From an uncultured bacterium (GTDB lineage Bacteria > Krumholzibacteriota > Krumholzibacteriia > WVZY01), in contig CAYXEN010000002.1 of the NCBI GenBank assembly GCA_964464035.1, positions 26,003 through 90,002 of the forward strand: DNA of 64,000 bases, in the 5' to 3' direction. Position 1 is the stretch's first letter, and each line of letters starts with the position of its first letter. Under the pieces are notes generated by a model that was not told the DNA's origin, searched no databases, and was given only the letters and a program-made list of their open reading frames with translations. The translations under genes were made by a program, and so were the position numbers. Shown in pieces: positions 1 through 10,908 of the stretch.

Positions 1-612
1 GAGAACGTTGCAGAAGACTCCGTATTCGCTCAAGATCCGCCAGAAACTCTTGCTCCTGCGGAGGAACCGCATGTTGCCTTTCTCGAGAGGTATGCGGGCG
101 GGTCCGAGCTTGAGGAATCTCTTGGGGCCGGTGACGCTGCTCGAAGAGAGGATGGGGGCGTAGCTTCGCGGGTCCCTCGAGAGGAAATCGAATATGGCAT
201 GGCGCGAGGCATCGACCCCGGTGCTGAAGGACGACCATGCGACGGGAGACATGGCGGGCACTGAAGTGCCGAGCCGCCTGAAGACACCCTGCTCCGCGAG
301 CCGCGAGAAGTTGGGCATCTCGCCCGCGGCCATGAGCCGCTCGCATATCGAGGGATCGAGACCGTCGAGCCCCAGGATGACGACTTTCTTCGCGCGCGGT
401 CTGCCGGGGATTTTCTTGTGCCTTATCTTGCGGATCAGCATCCGCAGGGGAAAAGTGAGGATGGCGAAGAAGGCGGCGAAAAACGCCATTATGAAAGTGA
501 GAAAGGACGAGACGAGGGCGAACCCGGCTCCCGGCCCGATGTAGGCCGAAGCGGGTCGCGCGAAGAAGAGGACCGCGATCGAAAGGGCGGCGGCCAGAGC
601 GGATCTTTCCAT
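1..612 (-). CDS. Alkaline-phosphatase-superfamily protein (type I phosphodiesterase/nucleotide pyrophosphatase-like), membrane-anchored; partial, C-terminal part lies beyond the window start
   Basis: Minus-strand ATG at 612, 7 nt downstream of the previous gene's stop. Own translation: MERSALAAALSIAVLFF...KKVVILGLDGLDPSICERLMAAGEMPNFSRL...GTSVPAMSPVAWSSFSTG. The GLDG and (S/T)VP motifs parallel the two downstream paralogs. Open to position 1; not in the ORF track because no stop lies in the window. Confidence 0.55.
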   Translation of the reverse strand, partial: MERSALAAALSIAVLFFARPASAYIGPGAGFALVSSFLTFIMAFFAAFFAILTFPLRMLIRKIRHKKIPGRPRAKKVVILGLDGLDPSICERLMAAGEMPNFSRLAEQGVFRRLGTSVPAMSPVAWSSFSTGVDASRHAIFDFLSRDPRSYAPILSSSSVTGPKRFLKLGPARIPLEKGNMRFLRRSKSFWRILSEYGVFCNVL

Positions 613-619
613 CGTCTGC

Positions 620-1936
620 CTAGATTTCAACACCCAAGCTCCTCATTATGATTCGCGGCACGTCCACTATATTCAGTTCGCCGGTGTCCTCCAGGAGAGC
701 GGGATCCAGGGAGCAGAAGAAAGCATTCTCCCACGTGTGCATCCCCTGAAGCCTTCGTTCGCCGCTCAGGTCACTGGAGCCCACCTTGCCCTTGAGGTCG
801 AAACCGTCGTGGGGCACCAGTACGAGATCCGGGCCCTCGTCCCGCAGCGGGCCCCGATAGGCTTCCTCGTTCGTGAAAGTGTATTTCACGACTTTTTCGC
901 CTTCCACGGTAAGGCCTTCGAAAACCTTCTTCATCTCGGCGACGAGAGCTCCGGCCTCGTCCGGTTCGACGGATCCGCGGGGAAACTTGCCCTTGCGGTT
1001 CAAATAGATCCGTGCCGGGTCGAGGGCGAAGGCTCGCGTGGCTTCGTCGATTTCGCCGAGATTGTTCTTGCCCGAAGGGAGCTTGAGGAGCCCCGCCTCG
1101 GCCAGGACGGTGTTCACGTAGACTTCGCGCCGCGTGCGGCAGAAACCGTGATCAGATAGGATGAAGAATCCTCCGTCCGGGTACTGCGAATTAAAGCGGT
1201 CGAAGATCCTGCCTATGAGCGCGTCGACGTTGGCGTAATATGCGAGGAAATCCGCATGGTGGGGATTGTCCTCGAACTCCCAGGCGTCCCACATGAAATG
1301 GTGGAGCCTGTCGGTGCCGGTTATGACGAACTCCATGAGGTTCCAGCTCTCCTTTTCCCAGAAGTAGTCGAGCGCCTTCTCTCTCTTCGCGAGGAGATCG
1401 TCGAGCGCCAGGAAGAGCTTTTCCGGGTCCCGCGCACACTCGTTCGTGTCGATGTCTATCTGGTAGCCCGCTTCGTTCAGGTAGGGAAGATGCATCGGCG
1501 GAGTGACCGACCGGCCGAGATCGATCGCCACGAAGCCCGATACGAGAACACCCGGTATCCGCCTGGCGGGATAGGTGGACGGCTGGTTTATGACGACGCT
1601 CTTCATCCCTTTCCCGCCGAGAACGTCCCATATCGTAGGCGTCCGCAGGTCGGAGAAGGAAGGGAAGCGGAGCGCGTAGGAACCCTTCTTGAGATCTGTG
1701 AAGCCGAAGATGCCGTGCTCGCCGGGATTCTTTCCCGTCATGAACGTGGACCAGCTCACCGACGATATCTCGGGCAACGTGACCGTCATGGCGGTTAGCT
1801 TCCCCTTGGATACGATCTCCCCGGTCCTTGGCATGACGCCGGCCTTGATCATCCACTCGAGAAGCGTGCATGGAACACCGTCCAGGCCGATGACGCAGGC
1901 GTGCTTGTCTTTTCGTTTGAATAATCTCAAGCCCAT
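620..1936 (-). CDS. Alkaline-phosphatase-superfamily protein (type I phosphodiesterase/nucleotide pyrophosphatase family)
   Basis: ORF 620..2026. Internal start MGLRLFKRKDKHACVIGLDG chosen to avoid overlap with cysC. Motifs: VIGLDG (metal Asp), TVTLPEIS (Ser/Thr nucleophile region), DRLHHFMW, ILSDHGF (metal His/Asp), typical of the NPP/AlkP core. Confidence 0.65.
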   Translation of the reverse strand: MGLRLFKRKDKHACVIGLDGVPCTLLEWMIKAGVMPRTGEIVSKGKLTAMTVTLPEISSVSWSTFMTGKNPGEHGIFGFTDLKKGSYALRFPSFSDLRTPTIWDVLGGKGMKSVVINQPSTYPARRIPGVLVSGFVAIDLGRSVTPPMHLPYLNEAGYQIDIDTNECARDPEKLFLALDDLLAKREKALDYFWEKESWNLMEFVITGTDRLHHFMWDAWEFEDNPHHADFLAYYANVDALIGRIFDRFNSQYPDGGFFILSDHGFCRTRREVYVNTVLAEAGLLKLPSGKNNLGEIDEATRAFALDPARIYLNRKGKFPRGSVEPDEAGALVAEMKKVFEGLTVEGEKVVKYTFTNEEAYRGPLRDEGPDLVLVPHDGFDLKGKVGSSDLSGERRLQGMHTWENAFFCSLDPALLEDTGELNIVDVPRIIMRSLGVEI

Positions 1937-1946
1937 GATTTGCGGA

Positions 1947-2549
1947 TTACAGGTATCCCAAGTCCTTGAGACGCGCCTTGATCTTCTCCTCTTCTTCCTG
2001 GGAGTACTCGCTCTCCGCCGAAGCACCGGGAACGAGCCCCATCAGTTCGAGCGTGCGGATGATCTTGGAAGTGCTCTCCTCGACGGACTCCTTGTCGGAC
2101 TCGATGAGGATCTCGGGGTTATCGGGTTCCTCGTAGGGATCGTCGACCCCGGTGAAGTTCTTGATCTCCCCCGCCAGCGCCTTCTTGTACATTCCTTTGA
2201 CGTCGCGCTCCTTCAAGACGTCGACGGGAGCCTTTACGTAGACTTCGACGAAGTTGTCGATCGAGTTGCGCACTTCGTCCCTAACCGCCTTGTAAGGGGA
2301 TATGGCGGCGGCTATAGCCGCGACGCCGTTGCGGCTGAGAAGCTTACAGACGTAGCCGATACGCTTTATGTTCGTATCCCTGTCTTCCTTGGAGAAGCCC
2401 AAGCCCTTCGATAGATTGGTCCTGACCTCGTCACCGTCGAGCAGCTCCACCTTCACCCCGCGTTCGAGAAGGATTTCCTCCACCTTCTTGGCGAGGGTGG
2501 ACTTGCCTGAACAGGGTAGCCCGGTGAACCACAATGTGAAGCCTTTCAT
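1947..2549 (-). CDS. cysC: Adenylyl-sulfate (APS) kinase
   Basis: 200 aa. P-loop GLPCSGKST. Whole-protein pattern of APS kinase (FTGVDDPYE, ISPYKAVRDEVR). Confidence 0.9.
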   Translation of the reverse strand: MKGFTLWFTGLPCSGKSTLAKKVEEILLERGVKVELLDGDEVRTNLSKGLGFSKEDRDTNIKRIGYVCKLLSRNGVAAIAAAISPYKAVRDEVRNSIDNFVEVYVKAPVDVLKERDVKGMYKKALAGEIKNFTGVDDPYEEPDNPEILIESDKESVEESTSKIIRTLELMGLVPGASAESEYSQEEEEKIKARLKDLGYL

Positions 2550-2595
2550 TTATCGATCCTCCTTGGTGGTTTGTCTCCGATCAGTTCGTCTGGTG

Positions 2596-3984
2596 CTACA
2601 AAACCCTTCCGATCATGTCCTCGGGGACGTCGATCGAGAAGAAATCCAGAATCGAGGGGGCGACGTCGTATATCGAAACCTTGAAATTCTCGTCCCTGCC
2701 GCCTTGGGCTTCCTTGCCCCGACCGCTCCATACGAAGATCCCTTCCTGTGCGTGATTGGCGTCGTCGGGACCTGTGTCGTTTTCGAATATGTGGATTCTC
2801 TTTTGCCCCACTGTTCCCGCGCTCCTCCAGTCCAGGTCGCCCAGGTAGACGATGAGGTCGGGAGCGATATTGTTCACTTCACGGTAGACTTCCGCGGGGC
2901 GGAAGACCTTGGTGCCGATACACTCGCCTTTCTCGTCGGTGATCGCCTCGAGCTTCTCCTGAAGCTCGTCGAGAAAAGCGGGGAACTCTCCGGAGGGAAT
3001 GACACCTTCAGGCTCGCGCCCCTGCACGTTGCAGAATATCCTCGCGTAGTAGCCTCCCTCTCCCCACACGCGCGTCTTCTTCCAGTCGATCATGCGGGGT
3101 TTGAGAGACTTGGGCTCGCCCGGATACTCCTTGAGCGCGAGCAGCCCTTGTTCGATGAAGAATTCGTTTATGCAGATCCCCCCGTGCATGGGCTTGGCTC
3201 CGTGGTCGGAGACGACGATCACGGACGTTGAGGGAGGCAGCACGTCCAGCGTCCTGCCGACTTCTTCGTCGAGGTAGAGGTAGTAATCGTGTATCACGTT
3301 CTCGAATTCGTTGCCTTTCTCGTAGAGACGGTGCGTGGGATCGCAGAAGCGCCAGAAAGCATGGTGAATGCGGTCGGGCCCCATTTCGACCATCATGGCG
3401 AAATCCCAGTCTTCGTTCTTGATGAGGTGTCGGTATACCTTGAAACGCCTCGCGGTCATCGTGTAAATCTGCTCGAGGAGCTCTTTCTTGGCGTTCGTGC
3501 GGAAGTTCTCAACGTCTATTATATAATCTCCGTCGGCCACGCGGTCGATCTCCCCGGCGAGCTCGGGCGGATACGTATACGTAACGTCCTTGTTGGGGGT
3601 GAGGAAGCTCGATACCATGAGCCCGTTCAAAGGCTTCGGCGGGTAAGTCTGCGGGACGCCCAGGAGGATCGAGCGCAGGCGGTTGCGCGAGAGATGGTTC
3701 CAGACGGTCTTGGCCTTGACCGCGTTGGCGTTTGCAAAGTACAGTTCCTCGTATTCGTGGCTCTTGCGGTTCCTGAAGCCGTAGAAGCCGAGCATCCCGG
3801 GATCCTTCGAGGTCATCATCGCCGTCCAAGCTGGAACCGTGATGGGAGGAACCGTGGAGACGAGGTTGCCCTTGATAGAGCCTTCCATCAGGCGCTTGAG
3901 ATTGGGCATCTCGTCGAGCCATTCACCGTAGAGCAACTGGGGGGTCAAGCAGTCGAGGCCGATTACGGCTAATTTGTCGGGCAC
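2596..3984 (-). CDS. Alkaline-phosphatase-superfamily protein (type I phosphodiesterase/nucleotide pyrophosphatase family), paralog
   Basis: 462 aa. AVIGLDCLTP, STVPPITVPAWTAMMTSKDPG, DRIHHAFW, VVSDHGA. Same architecture as 620..1936. Confidence 0.75.
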   Translation of the reverse strand: MPDKLAVIGLDCLTPQLLYGEWLDEMPNLKRLMEGSIKGNLVSTVPPITVPAWTAMMTSKDPGMLGFYGFRNRKSHEYEELYFANANAVKAKTVWNHLSRNRLRSILLGVPQTYPPKPLNGLMVSSFLTPNKDVTYTYPPELAGEIDRVADGDYIIDVENFRTNAKKELLEQIYTMTARRFKVYRHLIKNEDWDFAMMVEMGPDRIHHAFWRFCDPTHRLYEKGNEFENVIHDYYLYLDEEVGRTLDVLPPSTSVIVVSDHGAKPMHGGICINEFFIEQGLLALKEYPGEPKSLKPRMIDWKKTRVWGEGGYYARIFCNVQGREPEGVIPSGEFPAFLDELQEKLEAITDEKGECIGTKVFRPAEVYREVNNIAPDLIVYLGDLDWRSAGTVGQKRIHIFENDTGPDDANHAQEGIFVWSGRGKEAQGGRDENFKVSIYDVAPSILDFFSIDVPEDMIGRVL

Positions 3985-4007
3985 TTTTCCGTCCTTTGCG
4001 ATTCAAA

Positions 4008-5168
4008 TCACTTATTTGACAACGAAAAATAATAATCTTCCAGTTTCTTCGCAACCTCTTCCCTCGTGAACTCGGGCGGGAGTTTCTCGCCGCTGACGAG
4101 CATCTCGCGGACCTTCGTGCCGCTCAGGAACACCCTCTCCTCCTTGCCGTGCGGGCACGTCTTGAGCGAGCACATGCCTGCGCATTTGCGACAGTAGAAG
4201 GCATGTTCGAACATCATGGGAGTGATCTCCAGCTCGCCCGGTTCGAACTCGAGAAAGATCTTCTGGGCGTCATAGGTCCCGTAGTACGAGCCGACGCCGG
4301 CGTGATCGCGCCCGACTATGAAGTGAGTGCAACCGAAATTCTTGCGCAGGATCGCGTGGAAGATAGCCTCCCTGGGTCCGGCGTAACGCATGGCGGCGGG
4401 GAAGATGGACATGGTCACCCTTTCGCGGGGGAAGTAGTGTTTCATGACGGCGAGATAGCATTCCATCCTCACTTCGGCGGGAATGTCGTCAGACTTCGTC
4501 TCGCCCATGATCGGGTGAATGAGGAGTCCGTCGACGACCTCGAGCGCACACTTGATGAGGTACTCGTGGGCTCTGTGAATGGGATTCCTCGTCTGGAAAG
4601 CCACCACCCGGTCCCATCCCTTCGTCTTGAAGAGTATCCTCGTCTCCTTGGGATCCAGGTGATAGTTGGCGAAACGCTCGTCGACGTAGCGCTCGAACAG
4701 GGTTATCCTGCCGCCGACGTAGTGATCCCCGATGCTCTTAAGGTACTTGACTCCGGGGTGCGCGTCTTCCGTCGTGCGCAGGACCTTCTCGGCTTCACGC
4801 TCCTTGTCGAAGGCGTAGATCTCCTCCACTTCGATTAGGCCTCTTTGCACGCCGCGATCGTCCCTCAGCACGGCCTCGAAGGGAGGTTTCGGGTAGGACG
4901 ACGGATCCTTCTTCAAGGACAGGGTCACGGGAAGGGACCAGGGAAGGCCCTTGGGTAGGCGCATGCGCTCGACGACGCTTTCGTACTCGTCTCTCGTCAT
5001 GAAACCCTCGAGAGGGCTCATCGCGCCGTTGGCGATCAGAGTGAGATCGGAGAACTCGCGGTTGTTGAGCTCGATGACGGGGAGATCCTTGGCCTTGTTC
5101 GCGAGCTCGGATCTCAGCGTTTCATCCGCGGTCCTGTTGACGAGTCTTCCTCCGTGGGCCCTTATCAT
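4008..5168 (-). CDS. sat: Sulfate adenylyltransferase (ATP sulfurylase), homo-oligomeric type
   Basis: 386 aa. QTRNPIHRAHE and GRDHAGVG motifs. N-terminal PUA-like region. Confidence 0.9.
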   Translation of the reverse strand: MIRAHGGRLVNRTADETLRSELANKAKDLPVIELNNREFSDLTLIANGAMSPLEGFMTRDEYESVVERMRLPKGLPWSLPVTLSLKKDPSSYPKPPFEAVLRDDRGVQRGLIEVEEIYAFDKEREAEKVLRTTEDAHPGVKYLKSIGDHYVGGRITLFERYVDERFANYHLDPKETRILFKTKGWDRVVAFQTRNPIHRAHEYLIKCALEVVDGLLIHPIMGETKSDDIPAEVRMECYLAVMKHYFPRERVTMSIFPAAMRYAGPREAIFHAILRKNFGCTHFIVGRDHAGVGSYYGTYDAQKIFLEFEPGELEITPMMFEHAFYCRKCAGMCSLKTCPHGKEERVFLSGTKVREMLVSGEKLPPEFTREEVAKKLEDYYFSLSNK

Positions 5169-5518
5169 CTCAACCTCCCGGGATTATTTCGAAAACGCCC
5201 CGCTCCGGCGGGAATCCTGCATGAGCGGTTTTGCAGTCCCGTTCACTGGAAACTTGTTGATCTACGGGGACTTAAAACCAGGTCACCGATGGGATCCAGA
5301 ACTTCCTGAGGGGCGATTGGACTATCACTTCAGGCATTCTCTGCAATAGGTGATCTTGAAAGTAAAATGATATTCCAGAATGACTTGATTTGCAAGGACT
5401 TTATTAGTCCGCGATCTTTCGCCGGGGCCCGGCGGGGGAAATCTCTTTAAGCATGCGTATGATTTATGCTAGTTTCCAGTCTCGCACGCGACATCGGGTA
5501 CGAGCGGAGAGAAACCCT

Positions 5519-6484
5519 ATGAGAAAGATCGTCTCTTTCATCCTTCCTTTCATAGGATTGGCCATATTCGCATACATCATCCACGCGACGGGGTGGGGCA
5601 GGATAATCGACGCCTTCAAGCGCATGCGTCCCGCCAAGCTGTACCTGATGCCTCTCTTCGTGGCTTTCATAATCCTGATCCGGGGCTATCGCTGGCAGTA
5701 CCTGATGCGCATGCTTGGCATAGACTACTCGCTGTGGCGAAGCAATGTGGTCTGGACCATCGGATTCTTCGCCGCCGCGGTGACCCCGGGCAAGGTCGGT
5801 GACGCGCTCCGGGCCTTCTACGTCAGCAACGAGACCGGCAGGAACTTCGGGGAGTGTTTTCTGAGCGTCTTCATGGACAGGCTGCTCGACCTGATCGTAG
5901 TCGTTCTCTTCGGCGTCGTCACGATAATCGTTTTCTCCCATTACTACATGCAGCTTCCTTCGCTGTGGATAATCTTCGCTTGTGTAGCGGGGTTGCTCGC
6001 TCTCATCGTCGCGGCCCTCTACCGCGACCTGATGAAAAAGCTGCTCAAACCTGTTTTCAACGTCCTCGTTCCCAAGAAATACAAGGAGAGCGCCTCACTG
6101 AATTTCAACGCCTTCTACGATGCCCTGGCGTCCTACGTCAAGAATTGGAAAGGCGTGATGAAGGCCTTTCTCTTGACCGTGGTCTACTGGGTGGTGGTGT
6201 TCGTTCTGGCCTATTATACGGCCTATGTCATGGATACCGGCGTCTCCTTCTCGTATCTCTTCATCATCATGCCGGTCGTCACCCTGGTCGAACTCATTCC
6301 GATATCGCTTTCCGGGCTTGGAACCAGGGAGGCCACGGTGATAAAATTCTTCCAGGTGGTGGGAATTTCGCAGGCCGGCGCCGTCGGTTTTTCCATAGCC
6401 TATCTTCTCCTCGGGACGTATCTGACAGCGCTCATAGGTTTCTTTCTCTGGCTGAAGTACCCTGCGAAATTGACCGGCGATTAG
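5519..6484 (+). CDS. Flippase-like / lysylphosphatidylglycerol-synthase-TM-like (UPF0104) integral membrane protein
   Basis: Multi-TM ORF. N-terminal KIVSFILPFIGLAIFAYII...GWGRII. Conserved charged motifs in loops (RGYRWQYL, GKVGDALRAFY). GGAGAG RBS before ATG 5519. Confidence 0.55.
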   Translation: MRKIVSFILPFIGLAIFAYIIHATGWGRIIDAFKRMRPAKLYLMPLFVAFIILIRGYRWQYLMRMLGIDYSLWRSNVVWTIGFFAAAVTPGKVGDALRAFYVSNETGRNFGECFLSVFMDRLLDLIVVVLFGVVTIIVFSHYYMQLPSLWIIFACVAGLLALIVAALYRDLMKKLLKPVFNVLVPKKYKESASLNFNAFYDALASYVKNWKGVMKAFLLTVVYWVVVFVLAYYTAYVMDTGVSFSYLFIIMPVVTLVELIPISLSGLGTREATVIKFFQVVGISQAGAVGFSIAYLLLGTYLTALIGFFLWLKYPAKLTGD

Positions 6485-6575
6485 GGACGGCCCGACGGAG
6501 CGCCTAAGTCGTGGAAACGGCGCGGCGGCTACGCGGGAACGGTGCGCGGTATCGAAGGATCCCGGCAGCACGACC

Positions 6576-7979
6576 ATGACGACGTTTGCAGGAGCCACGG
6601 GCATGGGCGAGAGACCCCAATGGCAGAATGAGATCCTCGAGGAAGGCGAACTGTACCTGGTCGGCGGGGTGGTGAGGGACGGCGTGATGGGAGGCAGGGG
6701 AGGGAGCGAGGACTACGACTACGTCGTGACGGGAATCGATCCGCGGAGGCTCGAGGATATCCTGGGAAGACACGGCGAAGTGCGCTTCGTCGGCAGGTCG
6801 TTCGGCGTATACAAGTTCACGCCGGCGGGCGAGTCGGCCTCGCTGGACGTGGCTTTTCCGCGCCGGGAAACCTCCACCGGGCCCGGTCACAAGGATTTCG
6901 AAGTCGATTGGGACTGGAGGCTCCCGATAGAGGCGGATCTGGAGAGGCGCGATTTCACGATGAACGCGATGGCGCTCAGCATTAGAGACGGGAAGTTGAT
7001 CGATCCCCTGGGGGGAAGGGATGATATCGAGCGCCGGCTCGTGAAGATGGTTTTCCCCGAAGCCTTCAAGGAGGATTCCCTCCGGATCCTTCGCGGAATC
7101 CGGTTCGCCGCGCGCTTCGAATTCGACATCGATGCGGCCACGAGAGGGGCGATGATCGAAGCGGCTCGGCTGATCCGTTTCTTGAGCCCGGAAAGGATAC
7201 AGGAAGAACTGTCCCGCTTGCTCACGCAATGCGCCAAGCCGAGCGTCGGCTTCATGGAGATGCACGAGATCGGTGTATTGAAGATCATCCTTCCCGAGCT
7301 CGACAGGTGCGCCGGCGTCGCCCAGAACGAGTTTCACCCCGACGACGTGTTCATGCACAGCCTCAAGACGTGCGACTGTGCGCCGCGGGACAACCTCGCG
7401 GTGAGATGGGCGGCCCTGCTTCACGACGTGGGCAAGGTGGACAAGAAACAAAAAATAAGAGACGAGCATACGGGGGAAGAACGTATCGTCTTCTACCAGC
7501 ACGAAAAACTGAGCGCCGAAGCCACGGAGACGGTCCTCAAGCGGCTGCGCTACGGCAAGGCTCTTGTCGAGAAGTGTCGGAACCTCGTACTCAATCACAT
7601 GTTCAATTATGAGAGCGAATGGGGAGAGAGCGCCGTCCTGAGATTCATCCGGCGGGTCGGCGAAGACGGGATCGGCGATCTCATGGCCCTACGCAGGGCG
7701 GATTGCGGATCGCGCAACCTTGCGGGGGAAGCGGAGAAACTCGCGGAATTCGAAAAGCGTATAGACGAAGTCCTGGAAGAACAGCGGGCGTTTTCGCTGG
7801 AGGACCTCGCGATAGACGGGCGGACGGTCATGAATGTCCTCGGGATCGAAGAGGGCCCCGAAGTCGGCAGGATCCTGGAAGAGATCCTCGAGGAAGTCAT
7901 CGGGAACCCCGCTTTGAACACGAGACGAAAACTCAAGGCGCTGATGAAGAAGAAGTACGCAAAAAGAAAGCCCCTGTAA
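6576..7979 (+). CDS. cca: CCA-adding tRNA nucleotidyltransferase with HD domain
   Basis: GGVVRD...DYD polymerase-beta head motif. RRDFTMNAMA. HD domain HDVGK. Alternative start at 6603 possible. Confidence 0.8.
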   Translation: MTTFAGATGMGERPQWQNEILEEGELYLVGGVVRDGVMGGRGGSEDYDYVVTGIDPRRLEDILGRHGEVRFVGRSFGVYKFTPAGESASLDVAFPRRETSTGPGHKDFEVDWDWRLPIEADLERRDFTMNAMALSIRDGKLIDPLGGRDDIERRLVKMVFPEAFKEDSLRILRGIRFAARFEFDIDAATRGAMIEAARLIRFLSPERIQEELSRLLTQCAKPSVGFMEMHEIGVLKIILPELDRCAGVAQNEFHPDDVFMHSLKTCDCAPRDNLAVRWAALLHDVGKVDKKQKIRDEHTGEERIVFYQHEKLSAEATETVLKRLRYGKALVEKCRNLVLNHMFNYESEWGESAVLRFIRRVGEDGIGDLMALRRADCGSRNLAGEAEKLAEFEKRIDEVLEEQRAFSLEDLAIDGRTVMNVLGIEEGPEVGRILEEILEEVIGNPALNTRRKLKALMKKKYAKRKPL

Positions 7980-8001
7980 GCGGTGTCAGGGGTATTCTTT
8001 T
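7971..8001 (+). terminator. Rho-independent terminator after cca
   Basis: CCCCTG-taagcggtgt-CAGGGG stem-loop followed by TATTCTTTTT. The cca stop codon lies in the loop. Confidence 0.55.
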
Positions 8002-8175
8002 TGGAAAAGTGGTTGAAAGGATTCAACGTTCCAAAAAGTCGAGTAAGTCAATGGGGCAAAACTGACTTACAGAGGCTTTCAATGCAAAGCTACTAATTGA
8101 GTGCTGATCTTGTCAACGATTTTATTGGTTGTTCCGGAGAGGCATTCGTCATAGAGTGCTGCCAGCCGGGCGGCC

Positions 8176-8514
8176 GTGTTTGCCAAAAAGGGGCTCATGC
8201 ATATGGACGACGATGTGTTCATCTCCAAGCTCAACGAGATCACCAGAGAGTACAGGCTCAAGCTCCCGATCCTCGAAGGCGGCAGGGAGCCCAAGGGCAG
8301 TGAACTCGAGGTCTGGGCACGGTTCTTCGAGCTGTGCCTCAAGAAGGGCATATCACTTGGGGACCAGAGGTGGAAGCGCGTGAAGATGGAAACGAGCGGC
8401 TCGAGGGCCGTGTTCTCCCTGGAGGGCGCGAGGGCGGAGGCCGCCGACTCGGATTTCCGAGTAGGGTTGAAGCTGCTCCTGAGCCTTTTCGGCGAGGGCA
8501 GAAGCGGGCAATAA
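8176..8514 (+). CDS. Hypothetical protein
   Basis: 112-aa ORF with strong GC3 codon bias matching neighbouring genes. No recognisable motif. Competing antisense ORF 8079..8351 judged less likely. Confidence 0.35.
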   Translation: MFAKKGLMHMDDDVFISKLNEITREYRLKLPILEGGREPKGSELEVWARFFELCLKKGISLGDQRWKRVKMETSGSRAVFSLEGARAEAADSDFRVGLKLLLSLFGEGRSGQ

Positions 8515-8716
8515 ACACCGCCAAATAGTCGTAATTCCTGCCAATATTACAGCATCAAATGAGGGGGTCAATGCCCCGAAGGTGCATGTGGATTCTTAAC
8601 TTGTTTTGTTTCTTTGGGTTGTATATATATCCCGACTTGGCACGTGCATTGATTAACTCAAGTCGAATAGCATCTGCAAGATGACTGTTTGAAGAATCTA
8701 CAAGAAAGGGTGATGA

Positions 8717-10651
<1,935 letters not shown>

Positions 10652-10725
10652 TCTCGCGGAGGCGCGCAAGAACAGCCTCGGCTGATGCGCCGCGGAACGA
10701 ATGGACGCGGCAAACCGATTTATGC

Positions 10726-10754
10726 TTGACCCTGACGCCTGGAGCTTATTAATC
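10726..10754 (+). promoter_or_regulatory. Candidate sigma-70 promoter for tRNA-Val
   Basis: TTGACC ... TATTAA / TTAATC about 25-50 nt upstream of the tRNA 5-prime end. Spacing is ambiguous (15-17 nt). Confidence 0.3.
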
Positions 10755-10777
10755 TACTCAAAGTAAGCTCGATAGGT

Positions 10778-10854
10778 GGGCGATTAGCTCAGTTGGTTAG
10801 AGTGCCTGCTCGACACGCAGGAGGTCACTGGTTCAAATCCAGTATCGCCCACCA
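10778..10854 (+). tRNA. tRNA-Val (anticodon GAC)
   Basis: Cloverleaf: acceptor GGGCGAT/ATCGCCC, D-arm GCTC/GAGT, anticodon stem CCTGC/GCAGG, loop TCGACAC, T-arm ACTGG-TTCAAAT-CCAGT, encoded CCA. Position 33 is C rather than U. Confidence 0.8.
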
Positions 10855-10856
10855 TT

Positions 10857-10876
10857 TCTATTCGATTCTATTCGAT
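10857..10876 (+). repeat. Perfect 10-nt tandem duplication (TCTATTCGAT x2) immediately 3-prime of tRNA-Val
   Basis: Read directly from the sequence. Confidence 0.5.
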
Positions 10877-10908
10877 GAAGCACAGTCCCAAAGAGGCGCG
10901 CCGCAATC

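Noticed and set aside
1939-2026. N-terminal 30-aa Arg-rich extension of the 620..2026 ORF
   Set aside because: It overlaps cysC in another frame and is compositionally implausible. The internal Met at 1936 is used as the start, although it lacks a clear Shine-Dalgarno sequence (translational coupling assumed).
8079-8351. 90-aa minus-strand ORF overlapping the 8176..8514 hypothetical
   Set aside because: The plus-strand frame shows the genome-typical GC3 codon bias and the minus one does not. Low confidence either way.
8638-8653. TGGCACG-TGCA-TTGA sigma-54-like element upstream of dnaK
   Set aside because: The critical -12 GC dinucleotide is replaced (TTGA instead of TTGC). Kept only as a note within the dnaK finding.
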